Source of the DNA: Tubiluchus corallicola
Lineage: Eukaryota > Animalia > Priapulida
Direction: 5' to 3'
Length of the DNA stretch: 64,000 nt
NCBI GenBank assembly: GCA_030141605.1
Contig: JAQGDQ010000137.1
Coordinates: forward strand, 124,001 to 188,000
Part shown: positions 12,301 to 23,600 of the stretch, one piece after another
Layout of the letters: each line of letters opens with the position of its first letter
How positions within the stretch are numbered: position 1 is the first letter of the stretch
Program-made: the position numbers and the translations under genes
Notes under the pieces: generated by a model
What the model was told of the DNA's origin: nothing
Seen by the model: the letters and a program-made list of their open reading frames with translations, nothing else
The model's database searches: none

Positions 12301-15300
12301 ATAGATTTTATACAGTCTTGGATAGTTTGAACCGATGTAACATTTTGGTTGTGGTTTAGTTGACAGGATCCGAAAAAAAATGTTGAAATGTTTACTTGAC
12401 TACTCAAGTTATTTATGTTAAACGGGAAAACATTTTGTTGATATAGCTGGATTAGTTTTTCCTCAACGTTCATTCTACTAATTGTATTTATAAGGGACAT
12501 TCGAGCAAGTAATTTTATACTATTTCTTGCAAAGAGCCACAGGTACAATTTGAGTTAACTATGTTCCCAGTTTTGTTTCGTGATTGTTGAGATCCTAATT
12601 TAATTGAGTATGTCTAATTTGGGTATGTGTCACTAGTTAGTTGTACGCTTCGTGTGTTTTTGAGTTTCAATTGAGTTTGACCGAATGCACATGACTTAAT
12701 TGACCTCATAACTTGTACATGACAGACTGATAACATGTCATTGTCAAACCCATGCCTTGTGTATATCGTTGTCATGTTTCTGGGTGCTTTTTTGTCTGGA
12801 TAGAGCAAGAAATGTAGGATAATGCTTTACATGATGCAAAATGTTCTTGGACAAAGGAACATAGAGGAGTATTCACAATTTTCTTACCTGCACAGTTGCA
12901 GATGCTGGTATTTTTTTAATTGTCGAAATACACCCTACCTAGGATAATTATAACAAAATGTTTACGGACAAATATCAATTTAAACTGCAAGATTGAGTGC
13001 TAACCAATTCATCTTCTCAGTACCACTGTCACTAGACTGAAAATGTACGAATTCCTTGGAATTGTACATTATTTTGCACATAAATTACAATAAATTCATT
13101 TTATGGAATCAACGACTTTTACAGATTCTGGAATGATCAAGAAATTGCATTTGAGACTGACCAGTGATGAAGGGCTAAACTGATCAATCTGTAGTCAATA
13201 ATTATTGGTGTTTGATTAACTATTAGGCTAAAAAGGCTATAGCCTAGGCCCTAAATTTTGATATGCACTCGGAGTCCTGAGACCTGTGATCAGTTAAAGA
13301 GATATGCTATTTACTAAATATGGTAAATAAATTATTTAAACTGCACATCCTAAGACAAGTTTTTCTTTTCTGTGTATTACCAGTAAGCACTTGAGTGGTT
13401 CAGTTGTATTGTATACAAAATATTTCATTTTCACTCTAGACTGAGACATTTGGACACAGCTTGCTTTGCCACATAGGCAACTTGGGACTGTTTGTTTTGG
13501 ACGCAGGTAATTTGGCCATATAGGTCATTTGGACATATGCCATTTAGACACACAAACTTGGCACTTGTAAGAGAACATTTGGATATGTGCAGCTTATTTC
13601 TTGTTCACTGGTTTACTAACTTTGGCCATTTCTGACTGACAAACAGCAACTCGGCTCTTGGTTAACCTAGGTGAAAACGCATGACAAACAAGGTCATTAA
13701 ATTGCGAGTAACGATAACGGCTATTGATAAGTCTTTTTTCTAATTTTCCAGAAGTTAACAGCATTTTAGACAGTGCATGAGTATATTTTTAAGCCAATAC
13801 TAAAGTTATGACTAATTACGCACAAGTTTTTCCAGAAGTATGCCGTGTGAATACATTTCAGGATCGACAGTATAGCACATTGGATGTATAGTTGTGCACA
13901 GCATTCCATTTTTAATACTCTTAATCTGCCCCTGTTATTTGTGATCATGTGGAAGCACAGTCATTGGGTACTGGTTGATCAGTTTCTCCATAGCTGGTAA
14001 TTCAGGAAGCCAAATGTGGCAAAAGCATCAATCCCTCCGTCTGTGCTGGGTAATTTCTGACCACAGTTTGTAATTTTGAATCATCAGCACTAAACCATAA
14101 TAAAACTACTAACTTCCCAAATAAAAGTGCTAAATAAAACAAATGACTACAAAACTCAGAACAGTAAATACAGGACACCATTATACTTGTAGGGAAGTAG
14201 AACTCGAACAGAGCAGACGAATAGCAACAGTGAGAGAAACTAGCAAATTAGCACAAGATGTTCTACGGCCTCTGAATGAAGAATTCAAGAAGTGCATTTT
14301 TGAGAACGAGGTAGCATTTGATTAATCGCTGCAGATGCCACGGATAGCAGTTAGGCCTGTAACGTTACAATAATGTATCATTGCATAGTGATATCTTTTT
14401 TTATTATACGCGCATCACTGATGCAGCAATGTATCAATCATTATAGCATCACTGATACAGCAGTACATCGTGATGGCTTTTACTATGATATATGCATCGC
14501 CACACGTCCACTCCTATTGTGATAATCTAGAAAAATGATATTTAGCAAATTAGCATGCGCTTGACCTTGAAGTAATTCAAGGCTCAGCTGTGGAATATAC
14601 TGTAGATCTCTCAGTCAGTGCAATGAGCAGCAGTTGACCTGACACAGACATCTTAAAGTAGCCAAAGCGGTTTAAGAAAATGCAAGATGTTCCATTTATA
14701 GTAGGCTAATTGCACTGTTTGCACGAAAGGGCAAACATGAATCAGAAAATGCACAAGCAACTTTTAAAGCAAAACTATTGATATGTTTGCTTTTCTGGTG
14801 GCTTGCAATGCAAACAATAGCCTACACATTACACAAGTAACAAACAATTTGTCGAGTTATTTTAGCATTTATTATCAACAGCTTCATCTAGTTTTTTTAT
14901 AAAGCCTGCAAACATTAACTCCGGTGTATCCTGATGTGTGTCATATCATGTTGGTGTATCGTTATGACCTTGATAGCAATATCATAAATTAACTTAACGT
15001 TTGCTCTTAGTTTTTAAAGTTTGAAATTGGTTGCCGTTCTGTTTAGCAGGTGTTGTAATTTCCCAGAAACATTTTGCAGGTTCGAGAAGTTAACCAAAGT
15101 GCCGCTGTCTGCTTTCAATCAGAAGACAATAAAGACAAGGTATTGAATGAAATGATGCAGAAGCGATTCGATTTAGAACGGCAGGAAACTTTGGCAGCAG
15201 AGCGGAAACGTCAGCTCGACTTGCTAACTTTTCTTAGCAAGGATGATGCAGAGCTTGACAAGGTAACAATGAGATATATATAAAGTTAGAGGCAACCAAA

Positions 15301-17877
15301 ACATTCCCATTTTACAATATGCTCATAGCCTTATTCTTATAACTCGTGAGTTTTTAGAAAAGAAAGTTTTTCTATAATTACAGCAGTTAACAGTAATCAA
15401 AAGATGTACATGTGCTGTTATACTTGTCCTCGATATCTTACATGTTAAGATTGTTTCTTTCAGTTAGATGATAAGGAGTTTGTATGTGACATGCGTGACA
15501 TAAATCAGAGACTAGCCCTTGTGCAAATAGATCTTGTTACTGCTGCCCGCTATCTTGAGGTATGTGACATACTTCAGGCTTACAATTTTCAACAGTTTCA
15601 ATATCATTAAATTTTAAATTACATTATTGTGGGAATTTTTATTTATTTTTCATATAGCAACATGGCAGTGACAAAAACTGCTTTTGATCCATAATTACTG
15701 TATTCATTCAATTCTTCATTTAATCAAAAAATCTGTACATTCAGTTTTTGACATGTCCAGATTGTTGGCACTTGTGCACATTAATGGTTATCCTTGGTCA
15801 AATGGAACAGTAATGTTCTTGGTAATAATAAATAGCAAAAAAGCGTAGACGTTTGCGTTCCCACTTGGAATACAAAAAATTACTTTTAAAATGCCTAGTA
15901 CTTTGTAAGGAATCTTATCATTGCTTAACAATCTAGAAACAAAAGTAGAAATACAGTTTATAAGCCATACGTTTAACATTTCATTTCAGTAGACATTAAA
16001 AATGTGACAGCTGATATCACACTTTCAAAGCAAAAACACATTTTAAACAATACTGAATATACAGGCAATTAAAAATTAATTGCGCAGAAAGACAATTTAT
16101 TTATTATATGACGAATTGTCCATGACGATGATACAAGCTATCGCCCAAATACAAGTCTAAAAACAGACAATCAAAATACGTAACATCGACAGAAGTAATC
16201 AAAACAGTCGGGTATTTTTGTTTGACAATATTATTTGAAGTCTTGCCTTAGTGCTGCTTTTACGGAAAATAAACCCTTCGTTTTCCAGGAAGAGCAGCTG
16301 CAAGAAGAAGAAGAGAAGCTGAGGGTGGCAAGAGATGTGAAAGATATTTGTAATTACGAATTATCTAGTGCTATGCAAATAGTTCGAAGTAAGACGCAGG
16401 TAACTTGAAAAACTTTTCTTCATAGCAATTTATTTTTAATCTGATGATTTAAAAAAGCATTATGTATTCCTACTTATTGTGTAATGATCTACACAAGTTA
16501 CTGTAAAGTTGGTACAGTATCTGAAAAAGCTGCTGTGCAATGCCTTGTTTATTACATTTGTTGTCGTTGCACTATTGTCTCTTAATGTAAAAAGATCTGA
16601 TAAAAGGTAAATGTGAATAGATCTGAGAAAAAGATAAAGATAAAAGTTACAACCTGCGTATTTTTAGGAGGAATGTGAGAGACAAAGACAAATTGATGAC
16701 CTAATGAACGATACCCTCACAAAAGACATGAAAAAGCTATATGCCATGGTTTTTAAAGAGCTTGCTCAAGAGGAATTACTAAATCTTTTTGTAGGAATAA
16801 AGGTGAATATATTCCATTCAAGTGGTGGAAGTTCAGGATAAGGAATAGATTAGCTGTTGTTTAACAGAAATGAGATTAAATCATTAAGCTACTCTAACAT
16901 GTGTTCTAATAGTAAAGCATTTGTTACTATATTCACAGGAAGACACTACTCAAATTCCAATATTTTTCTCGCCAGAAAAGAAGCAGATTCCAACTAAATG
17001 TGCGCACAAGTAAGTACTCCGGACACTGTAAGATACTAACGTGTTTTCCTAACTCAAACTATTCATTAAAGAAAAATATAAACAGAAATGATATAGGAAT
17101 TAATTGCACTCAGCATTTGCTGGTGAGGGGGCATGTGCAGCTAGCAATGATGTCATAAGTGGGAGGAATTTTCTAACAGTATAATACATCCATGAACATT
17201 ATGACTTGTCTGCAGAGGCTCAAATTGAGATACAGTACTGCCGTATAATAGTCCTGTAATATGAAACAAACAAGTTAGACATATATAAAGTCACAATTTC
17301 AAATTTGACTATCTGTGTTTTAGTATTATTACATATTTCCAGTTTCGTAATCATTTTTGCACGTCATTTTTGCTTATCGTTTGGTGTTTGAAGATAAGCT
17401 TTTGGATAAATTTAATGGCTAATCTTTTAACAATAATGCTTTTTTAACCTGCATGCCTAAAAGATAATGATTTATTAAAATTTAGTGCATAAGTAAATCT
17501 TCTAGACATTTTTTTGCCAATTTGTGTAACAGGGAGTTTAAAAGAGTGGATGTTAGTGAGCGTGCAATAAAAAAAGCTCGACGCACAAGGAAAACAGAAG
17601 GAGTGAATCAGCGAAAAGATCCGACTAGGAAAAAAGAATGTGTGCAACATCAGCCTGTAGAAATATCAGTTTGTAATATTTTAAAGTAAGTAGCCAGTGC
17701 TCATTAACTTTAGTCTCTCAAATTTTAGCATGATAATCAATAAACGCTTCTTAAATGTAGGGATGTAATCTTTTCCACACATTGCCAAGATATAAGAGAA
17801 AAAAACAGTAATTGGTTTCTATTCTTGTCAATCATTTTTTATTTTACAGGGATGATGTTGTAGTCAACAAATTTTGA
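9351..17877 (+). CDS. Uncharacterised ~353-aa helical/coiled-coil protein, 10 coding exons
   Basis: Exons 9351-9398, 10831-10968, 11896-12029, 14193-14310, 15080-15262, 15464-15559, 16289-16399, 16668-16802, 16939-17009, 17850-17877. All introns GT-AG and phase-compatible; 1062 nt open from ATG to TGA: MAADLRKLKQLDLDLE...KRYLWNSFADNIVHAARLRKQK...EVELEQSRRIATVRE...RFDLERQETLAAERKRQLDLL...EEQLQEEEEKLRVARD...DDVVVNKF*. No family recognised. Confidence 0.85.
13440..13590. repeat. Short degenerate internal repeats (CATTTGGAC-like), MITE-like
   Basis: About 7 copies of CATTTGGAC / ATTTGGCC / CATTTAGAC variants within ~150 bp. Confidence 0.4.
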
Positions 17878-18180
17878 AAGTGAATAGGATCATTGGTGAA
17901 TACTTCTTAAGACTTTGTTTTAAAAACTTGTACTGTTTTTATTAGAAATACAATTTATACAGCATGATCATATGATTATGAGTTGAACAAAATAGATTCA
18001 TATACAATGTTTCTGTTAGTGGTTATTATTTTTACTTACGCTTTTAATGCTTAGCTGCAGGCAACTAAGCAAACCTAATTTTCAAAACTTGACTGGTTAA
18101 TGCTGATGTAGCATTATAATTAATGTCAATCTGTAGCAGTCTTCAATTAAAATTCACTGTGTTTTGCACATGCAGACACT

Positions 18181-18635
18181 GCACATATTGTTTAAAACAG
18201 TAAGTTTTCTAGGTATTAGATAACATTTATTTTCTAATAAATGTAAAGTAAAGAGGTCAAAAAACTAGTTCATGATTTCTCTCATAACTTATACGCCAAA
18301 TTTTGTTACTTGTGTCTGTTCTTACTTTGACTTTGTTTCTTAGTATACAGTTTTCTGTTATGTGTGTTTATTTTGATACTGTAATTCATTTCAATTTGAT
18401 AGTATATAGCTTTTCCATGCCATGAGCTTTTAATTTTTCGATCGACCCAAATGTCCTAGAACAGATGTCATAATTGCCTCTTACTGTTGATTTTAAAAGA
18501 ATTTCTATTCAATTGTAATTAAGTTATTTGCACTGGAACTTGGAGGCCATTTTGCCTTTGCATTTTTTTATTCTTTTCATTAATTTTCAAGCTGGCAACT
18601 GTTTTTTTTGGATTCAGCATAGTCAATGTTTGCTT
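18181..18635. repeat. Duplicated blocks A (18181-18390, copy at ~24325-24535) and B (18395-18635, copy at ~21900-22130)
   Basis: Shared strings, e.g. AAACAGTAAGTTTTCTAGGTATTAGA...AAAGAGGTCAAAAAACTA.TTCATGATTTCTCTCATAACTTATAC (A) and GAACAGATGTCATAATTGCCTCTTA...GGATTCAGCATAG (B). Confidence 0.85.
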
Positions 18636-19636
18636 GTTAATATGTATAACCTATAAAGTGACTTGATACTTATAGAATCATGGTGAAAAGGTAGATAAAT
18701 ACTTAGTGGAACACCCATGCATTATTGATTGTTAATCCATTAATGACATATATTTTTTGTTAGTTTATATACCAATACAAATACATGTTTGTACATGTGC
18801 GCCAGGTGGCGGCTGTAGTTTTTTAAGAATTGCTCGTTTTATCAATTTTAGGAGTACATTTTAATTGGGTTATATGGGTCATGGATAGCAAGTTATATAT
18901 ATATACTAGTCAAATTTTGATCAATGCCGTGCTGATTCTTATATGCTGAGGACATTCACAATTATTGTTCCATAGCACTTTTTCGTAAGTTGAAGAAGCC
19001 AGGTATCAGCCATGTTAAAATACAGTTTTAGTGGAGTAAAGCTGCTTGGACCCATACCGAAAACAAAATTGACTACCAGTGCAGTACGGTTATCAACAAG
19101 TTTATTTCAACATATAAAGAGACTAAATATCTTAAATCAATCATTTGCCACATGTAGTGAAACCAGGGCTGGTATTGAACATGGATTGTCAAAAAGAGAT
19201 TTAGCCTATGGAGTCAATTCCACAAATCTACACCACATTAAAAGGCAAAAATGTTTTAACCTGGATCAGCTGAATGTTTCATGGTCGAAGCTTGTTGCAT
19301 TTGGCCTATTTAGTGTTTAAGAAACAAGATTAGGAGGATGTGCCAACACTTAATTGGCGAAAATGTCCATTTGTGTGCCAGTCACTGTAACGTTACTTGA
19401 GTAACATGATGGCAAAGCCAGGCCAGATTTAGTAATGAGTGGGTTTAACTTCAAGGTTTGATGGTAGGCATCATGGTGGCATGACTGTGCAGTTCAGAGA
19501 TGGGATCAAATTACAACTGGTGGCATCAAATTTCAAGACTTCATTTAAATTTAGTGAAATGGTGTGTTTGGATAACTAATAAGAAAATTAATTTAATTAC
19601 TGTGTACAGGACACCATACTCCGTGCTAAAAAACTA

Positions 19637-20590
19637 TGTACTGTAGTAGGCCAGTAATTTAAAGTATAAAAATATGAATGTGACGTCATGGCTGGCTTCT
19701 CTCTACTTTCTTTATACCTAGACAGGTTAGTGAGGGAATTCCGGTTTTGATACGACGCGGACCTGACATATTGCTGTTATAATTTTTTCTATGCCGTCAT
19801 GCTACTACTTCGAATTAAAATAAAGTTTTAAAAATAAGTTACAAACGAATTCGAGTTTGTTAAGTACATAAATTGTAGCAGGGAGTAGGTAGGGTGCAGT
19901 GCGTGAAACTACTTCGAAATTACGATAGCGTCTGCTCAAACAAGCATTGAAACTGACGTTCATGATGAAGTCAGCCACCGAAGCAAAGATGAATCATACC
20001 AAGTTCGAATCCGGGATATAAAAAAAGAAAAGAACGTTAAAATTTCGCTCAGCAAAATGTGCAGCAAATTAGCGACAGTTTTGTTACTGGCAGACGATAA
20101 AGAGATCAGCAAATTACTAACGGAGATAGAGAATAAGCGAGAAGAGCTCTTCGGGGTTATTAATCAATTAGCTGAGATCGCCACAGAAATGAGTGAGTCA
20201 GACATAATTGAACAATTCGAAAATGCGACAGAACTGGTTTTCGAAAATGCAAACGAAATAATCAGCCAGGCTCAAAAAGTATTAGCATCTATTGTTGTAC
20301 AGAGACTTTCGTAAGCTCGAGAATGCAGTACAGTTCAACCTTCTGCTCGTCTGAAATCTAGGCCAGTAAATTTGTCACGCACAGCTGACGTGAGCGCTAC
20401 TGTGAGACATATTACAGGTACGACTGATGTAAACAATACAGCAGGGTTTCAAAATACAACGCCCGTACGAAACACTACGAATCCATTTGATGATGATTAC
20501 TCGTTCATTCAAGATTGTTCAGAATACGTCAACCCGTTCACTCCATTCACAGCAAATTCTGCCAGCAGAGATAAGTGGCAACAGCAAAAT
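19637..20590 (+). mobile_element. Truncated LTR retrotransposon (BEL/Pao-like): putative 5' LTR, PBS and gag N-terminus
   Basis: 19637-19868 is bounded by TGTACT...AGTACA and contains AATAAA. It is followed by TAAATTGTAGCAGGGAGTAGG (degenerate initiator-tRNA-Met PBS-like) and an acidic coiled-coil ORF (20057-20314) of the kind seen at BEL/Pao gag N-termini. No pol or 3' LTR found. Confidence 0.5.
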
Positions 20591-21899
20591 AATTTGTTGT
20601 ATTGGTTGTGTGAAGCTGATTATTGGTGTTTTAGGGATGGCAAAACTGTGAAGAGTCAGATTACAAAACTACACGTTTATTGAACATCAAACACAATAAA
20701 TATAACAAATAGTAATGCCAAGCCCCCTGATCTAGTCTGTTCTCCTTCAGCACCCAGACTCAATCCCCAGAGCTGGGCGCATCACGAGGCTTGTATATTG
20801 TGCGCCGAGCTTCGACGCCTACGCTTCGGCTCTGAATCACTTGCTCGCGTGATACCACTCCTTAACTGGCTTCATGCCAGCATTCATCAACACAATTATC
20901 TATCATAATCTACCGCTGTTAACGTAGTTTAACAGGTCCTCTTTACTCTTCCCTTTCTAATAAAGAATTTATCGTCTTGGGGCTGGCTAATTTTAGTCTA
21001 CGTATGTTATAGAGTTGTTCACATACATTTTACGCCTACAGAATTAAATATTCAGCATAAACATGCAATAGATAGTGTGATGATCATATAAATTTAAATA
21101 CACAGAACATTGACTGTTATGCAGTTGTTCTATAATGAATGTTTTTTAGACTTAGACTTAGCAGAAAGTTGCAGTATCTTAAGGAGGTGTTGCCATCTTT
21201 TGGTTGTTTGCCTCTAAAAATAATTTACCCATTTCTTAACCTGTTTACTGTACTATCTATTTACATACCATTTACTGGGTTTCAACTAAAGTTAATGAGG
21301 TGTAACAGGAGTCCTGCCTATTGTACGTTGGACAGTAGTAGTACAGGTTTCATAGTCTGCTGGTGAAGTTCAGATTTCAAATTTCATAATGTACTTTGTT
21401 AAGGTATGTTTGCTTCAAATTATATTTTGAGGTTTTTTGACTTACCTAAACTGAGGTTACTGCTTTAAATTTAATTTTTGTTGTAGTGTGTTAAACCTAA
21501 GTGAATTATTAAGTTCTAAATGTTGCTTTTTATTATTTCAGACTGCAATTCATGTTGAACCCCCCCCTCTACACCGCCTTCACTTATTTTTTTGAGCACA
21601 GTAATAAAGGAAATCAACCTGTATCAAAGTGTTCATCATTTTTTATTGAGGTTATGGGTTACAACATGCAGACAGACGAACTGGACAAAACAGTAACTCA
21701 TTTTTCTGTTTCTTAATTACTAATAATTATTTTACAAGAATAATCGTGCACTTTCATTGATACGTTAGGTCAGCATAAGTGATTAGATTTTGTTTATTTA
21801 TCATATCCTGCTGTTTGTAATCTTTACATTTTGTAATGTTTAATAAATGAACAAATAAAAGTAAAAAACACTATAGGCTATATTAATTACTGTTCATTT

Positions 21900-22460
21900 G
21901 TTTAGCATATAACTTTTTCTATGCCATGCGCTATTACTTTTCAATCAGGATCCAGCTCTCCTGGAACAGATGTCATAATTGCCTCTTATTGTCCATTTCA
22001 GAAAACTTCTGTTCAATTATAATTACATTTGTTGCACTAGAACTTGGGAGGCCATTTTGCGTTTTTTTCTTTTTCGTTAAATTTTTAAGCTGGTGACAGT
22101 TTTTAGGATTCAGCATAGCCAAGGTTGCCATACATGACAAAAATGCTTGAATCAATGTTGATTATTAAAAATAATAAAATGAGACGAGCTTTCTGGTACA
22201 AAACAGATAATGCGTATCTTAAAGATTCCTGCATAAGTTTAATATTTTAAAACTTGACTTGTAACAATTCGTTTTTTCAAAAGTTCCAAAACCTTGGAAA
22301 CAATTGTTTGTTTAAATTTGAAAACATCGACAGTAGATGCAGCAACTATCAACATTTTGGCGTATTCGAGGAGTGCTCGATAATGAAAGTAGAACAGGCC
22401 AAAAAAATTCTTAGAAATGACCGCATGTGAAAGATCCGAGAACCACCGCAATACCACATT
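21900..22460 (-). mobile_element. Decayed DNA-transposase-like coding remnant
   Basis: Fragmented minus-strand ORFs (22239-22457, 21973-22155) with helical transposase-like composition; partly duplicated at 18395-18635. Family assignment (hAT?) is tentative. Confidence 0.3.
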
Positions 22461-22474
22461 ATTATTGCACTAGT

Positions 22475-23600
22475 ATGGAACTGTTAACTGCAGTTTTGTA
22501 TCTGCTTACATGGTTCTACTTTGACGAATGTCTCTCTACACTGATCTCTACTTCTTCGCCTATTGCGAATGTATTTGACAGCGCAACAGAACTGTCTACT
22601 GAACCAAGCATTTGAGGCGGAGAAGAAGTTAAAGAAAGGAAATTTCCTTACATAGTTTTTCTTCTTTTGCCGAGCAATTGCGGAGGAATCCTCATTGATA
22701 ATATTTGTCTTGACAGCAGCTCATTGTTTTATGTATGTTGAAAAACCCGGAGAAAACTTAAAAGTCTATATTGGGCACAACACTTTAAATAACTCGCCAA
22801 TACGACATTGGATCAAGTGGTATCATTTACACGCCCTATTTGATCCAAATGCAACCACGACATCGCCTTAGTGCGATTAAACAGGCGTGTTGAGTATACT
22901 GTCATTCTTGGAGGTGACCAAGATATTTGGCCTGCTAAACTACCCTTTTGTGAAAAAAATTATATTAACGAAGAAGTTATTATAGCTGGATAGGGAAGTC
23001 ATGGGAAGCCGGATGTTCCAATACGAAGTATTCCCACTCCCCCCCCCCCCGAAATAGGCCCTGTGTGGCATAGCCTTGAGTGCGACAACATAGCCGATGT
23101 ATTAAGTCAGCTTTTCAATTTTGATATCAGTGTTCTATTTTCTGATACACGAGGTGCAATTTACTAAAATCATTTTATTGTCGCTATTTTATTAAGGTTT
23201 CTCATATATCAGAATCTTAATGCAGAGTCATGCATTACTTAAACGTAGCAAGATTCTTTGCCACTGGCTATATCAAAGTCATGGGTTAGTCTCAAAAATA
23301 AATGTTGCCTAAAGCTGGTCGAGATCTTGTTTGTCACTTAGTATAAACTCAGCTAAATGGATGATTATTTTTCGTCATTTTAAATACTGCGTGGAGAGTC
23401 GCACATTATTGATTATTATTGGGTACGAATGGCTGGTTCCAATGTGGCTAGATAGTGGTTGAGACATGGCTTTGTTTTCTTTCTCAATGTGGTTTTTGGG
23501 TTACTAGTTTGCAAAGTAACTTATAAAGCGGACTATTTTGGTGGGATGCCAGTCTCGCCCTCACTGTTCATGTACGTAATAAAGTTTTAGCCAATTTCTA
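22475..23600 (+). pseudogene. Apparently intronless trypsin-like (S1) serine protease pseudogene
   Basis: Signal-like MELLTAVLYLLTWFYF, then I*GGEEVKERKFPYIVFL...NCGGILI; LTAAHC at 22710-22727 (frameshift); DIALVRL from 22859 (frameshift); IIAG*G at ~22985. After a ~300-bp interruption there is a degenerate QC..DSG (23451-23459) and PSLFMYVIKF. The N-terminal half is clear; the C-terminal half is tentative. Confidence 0.8.
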
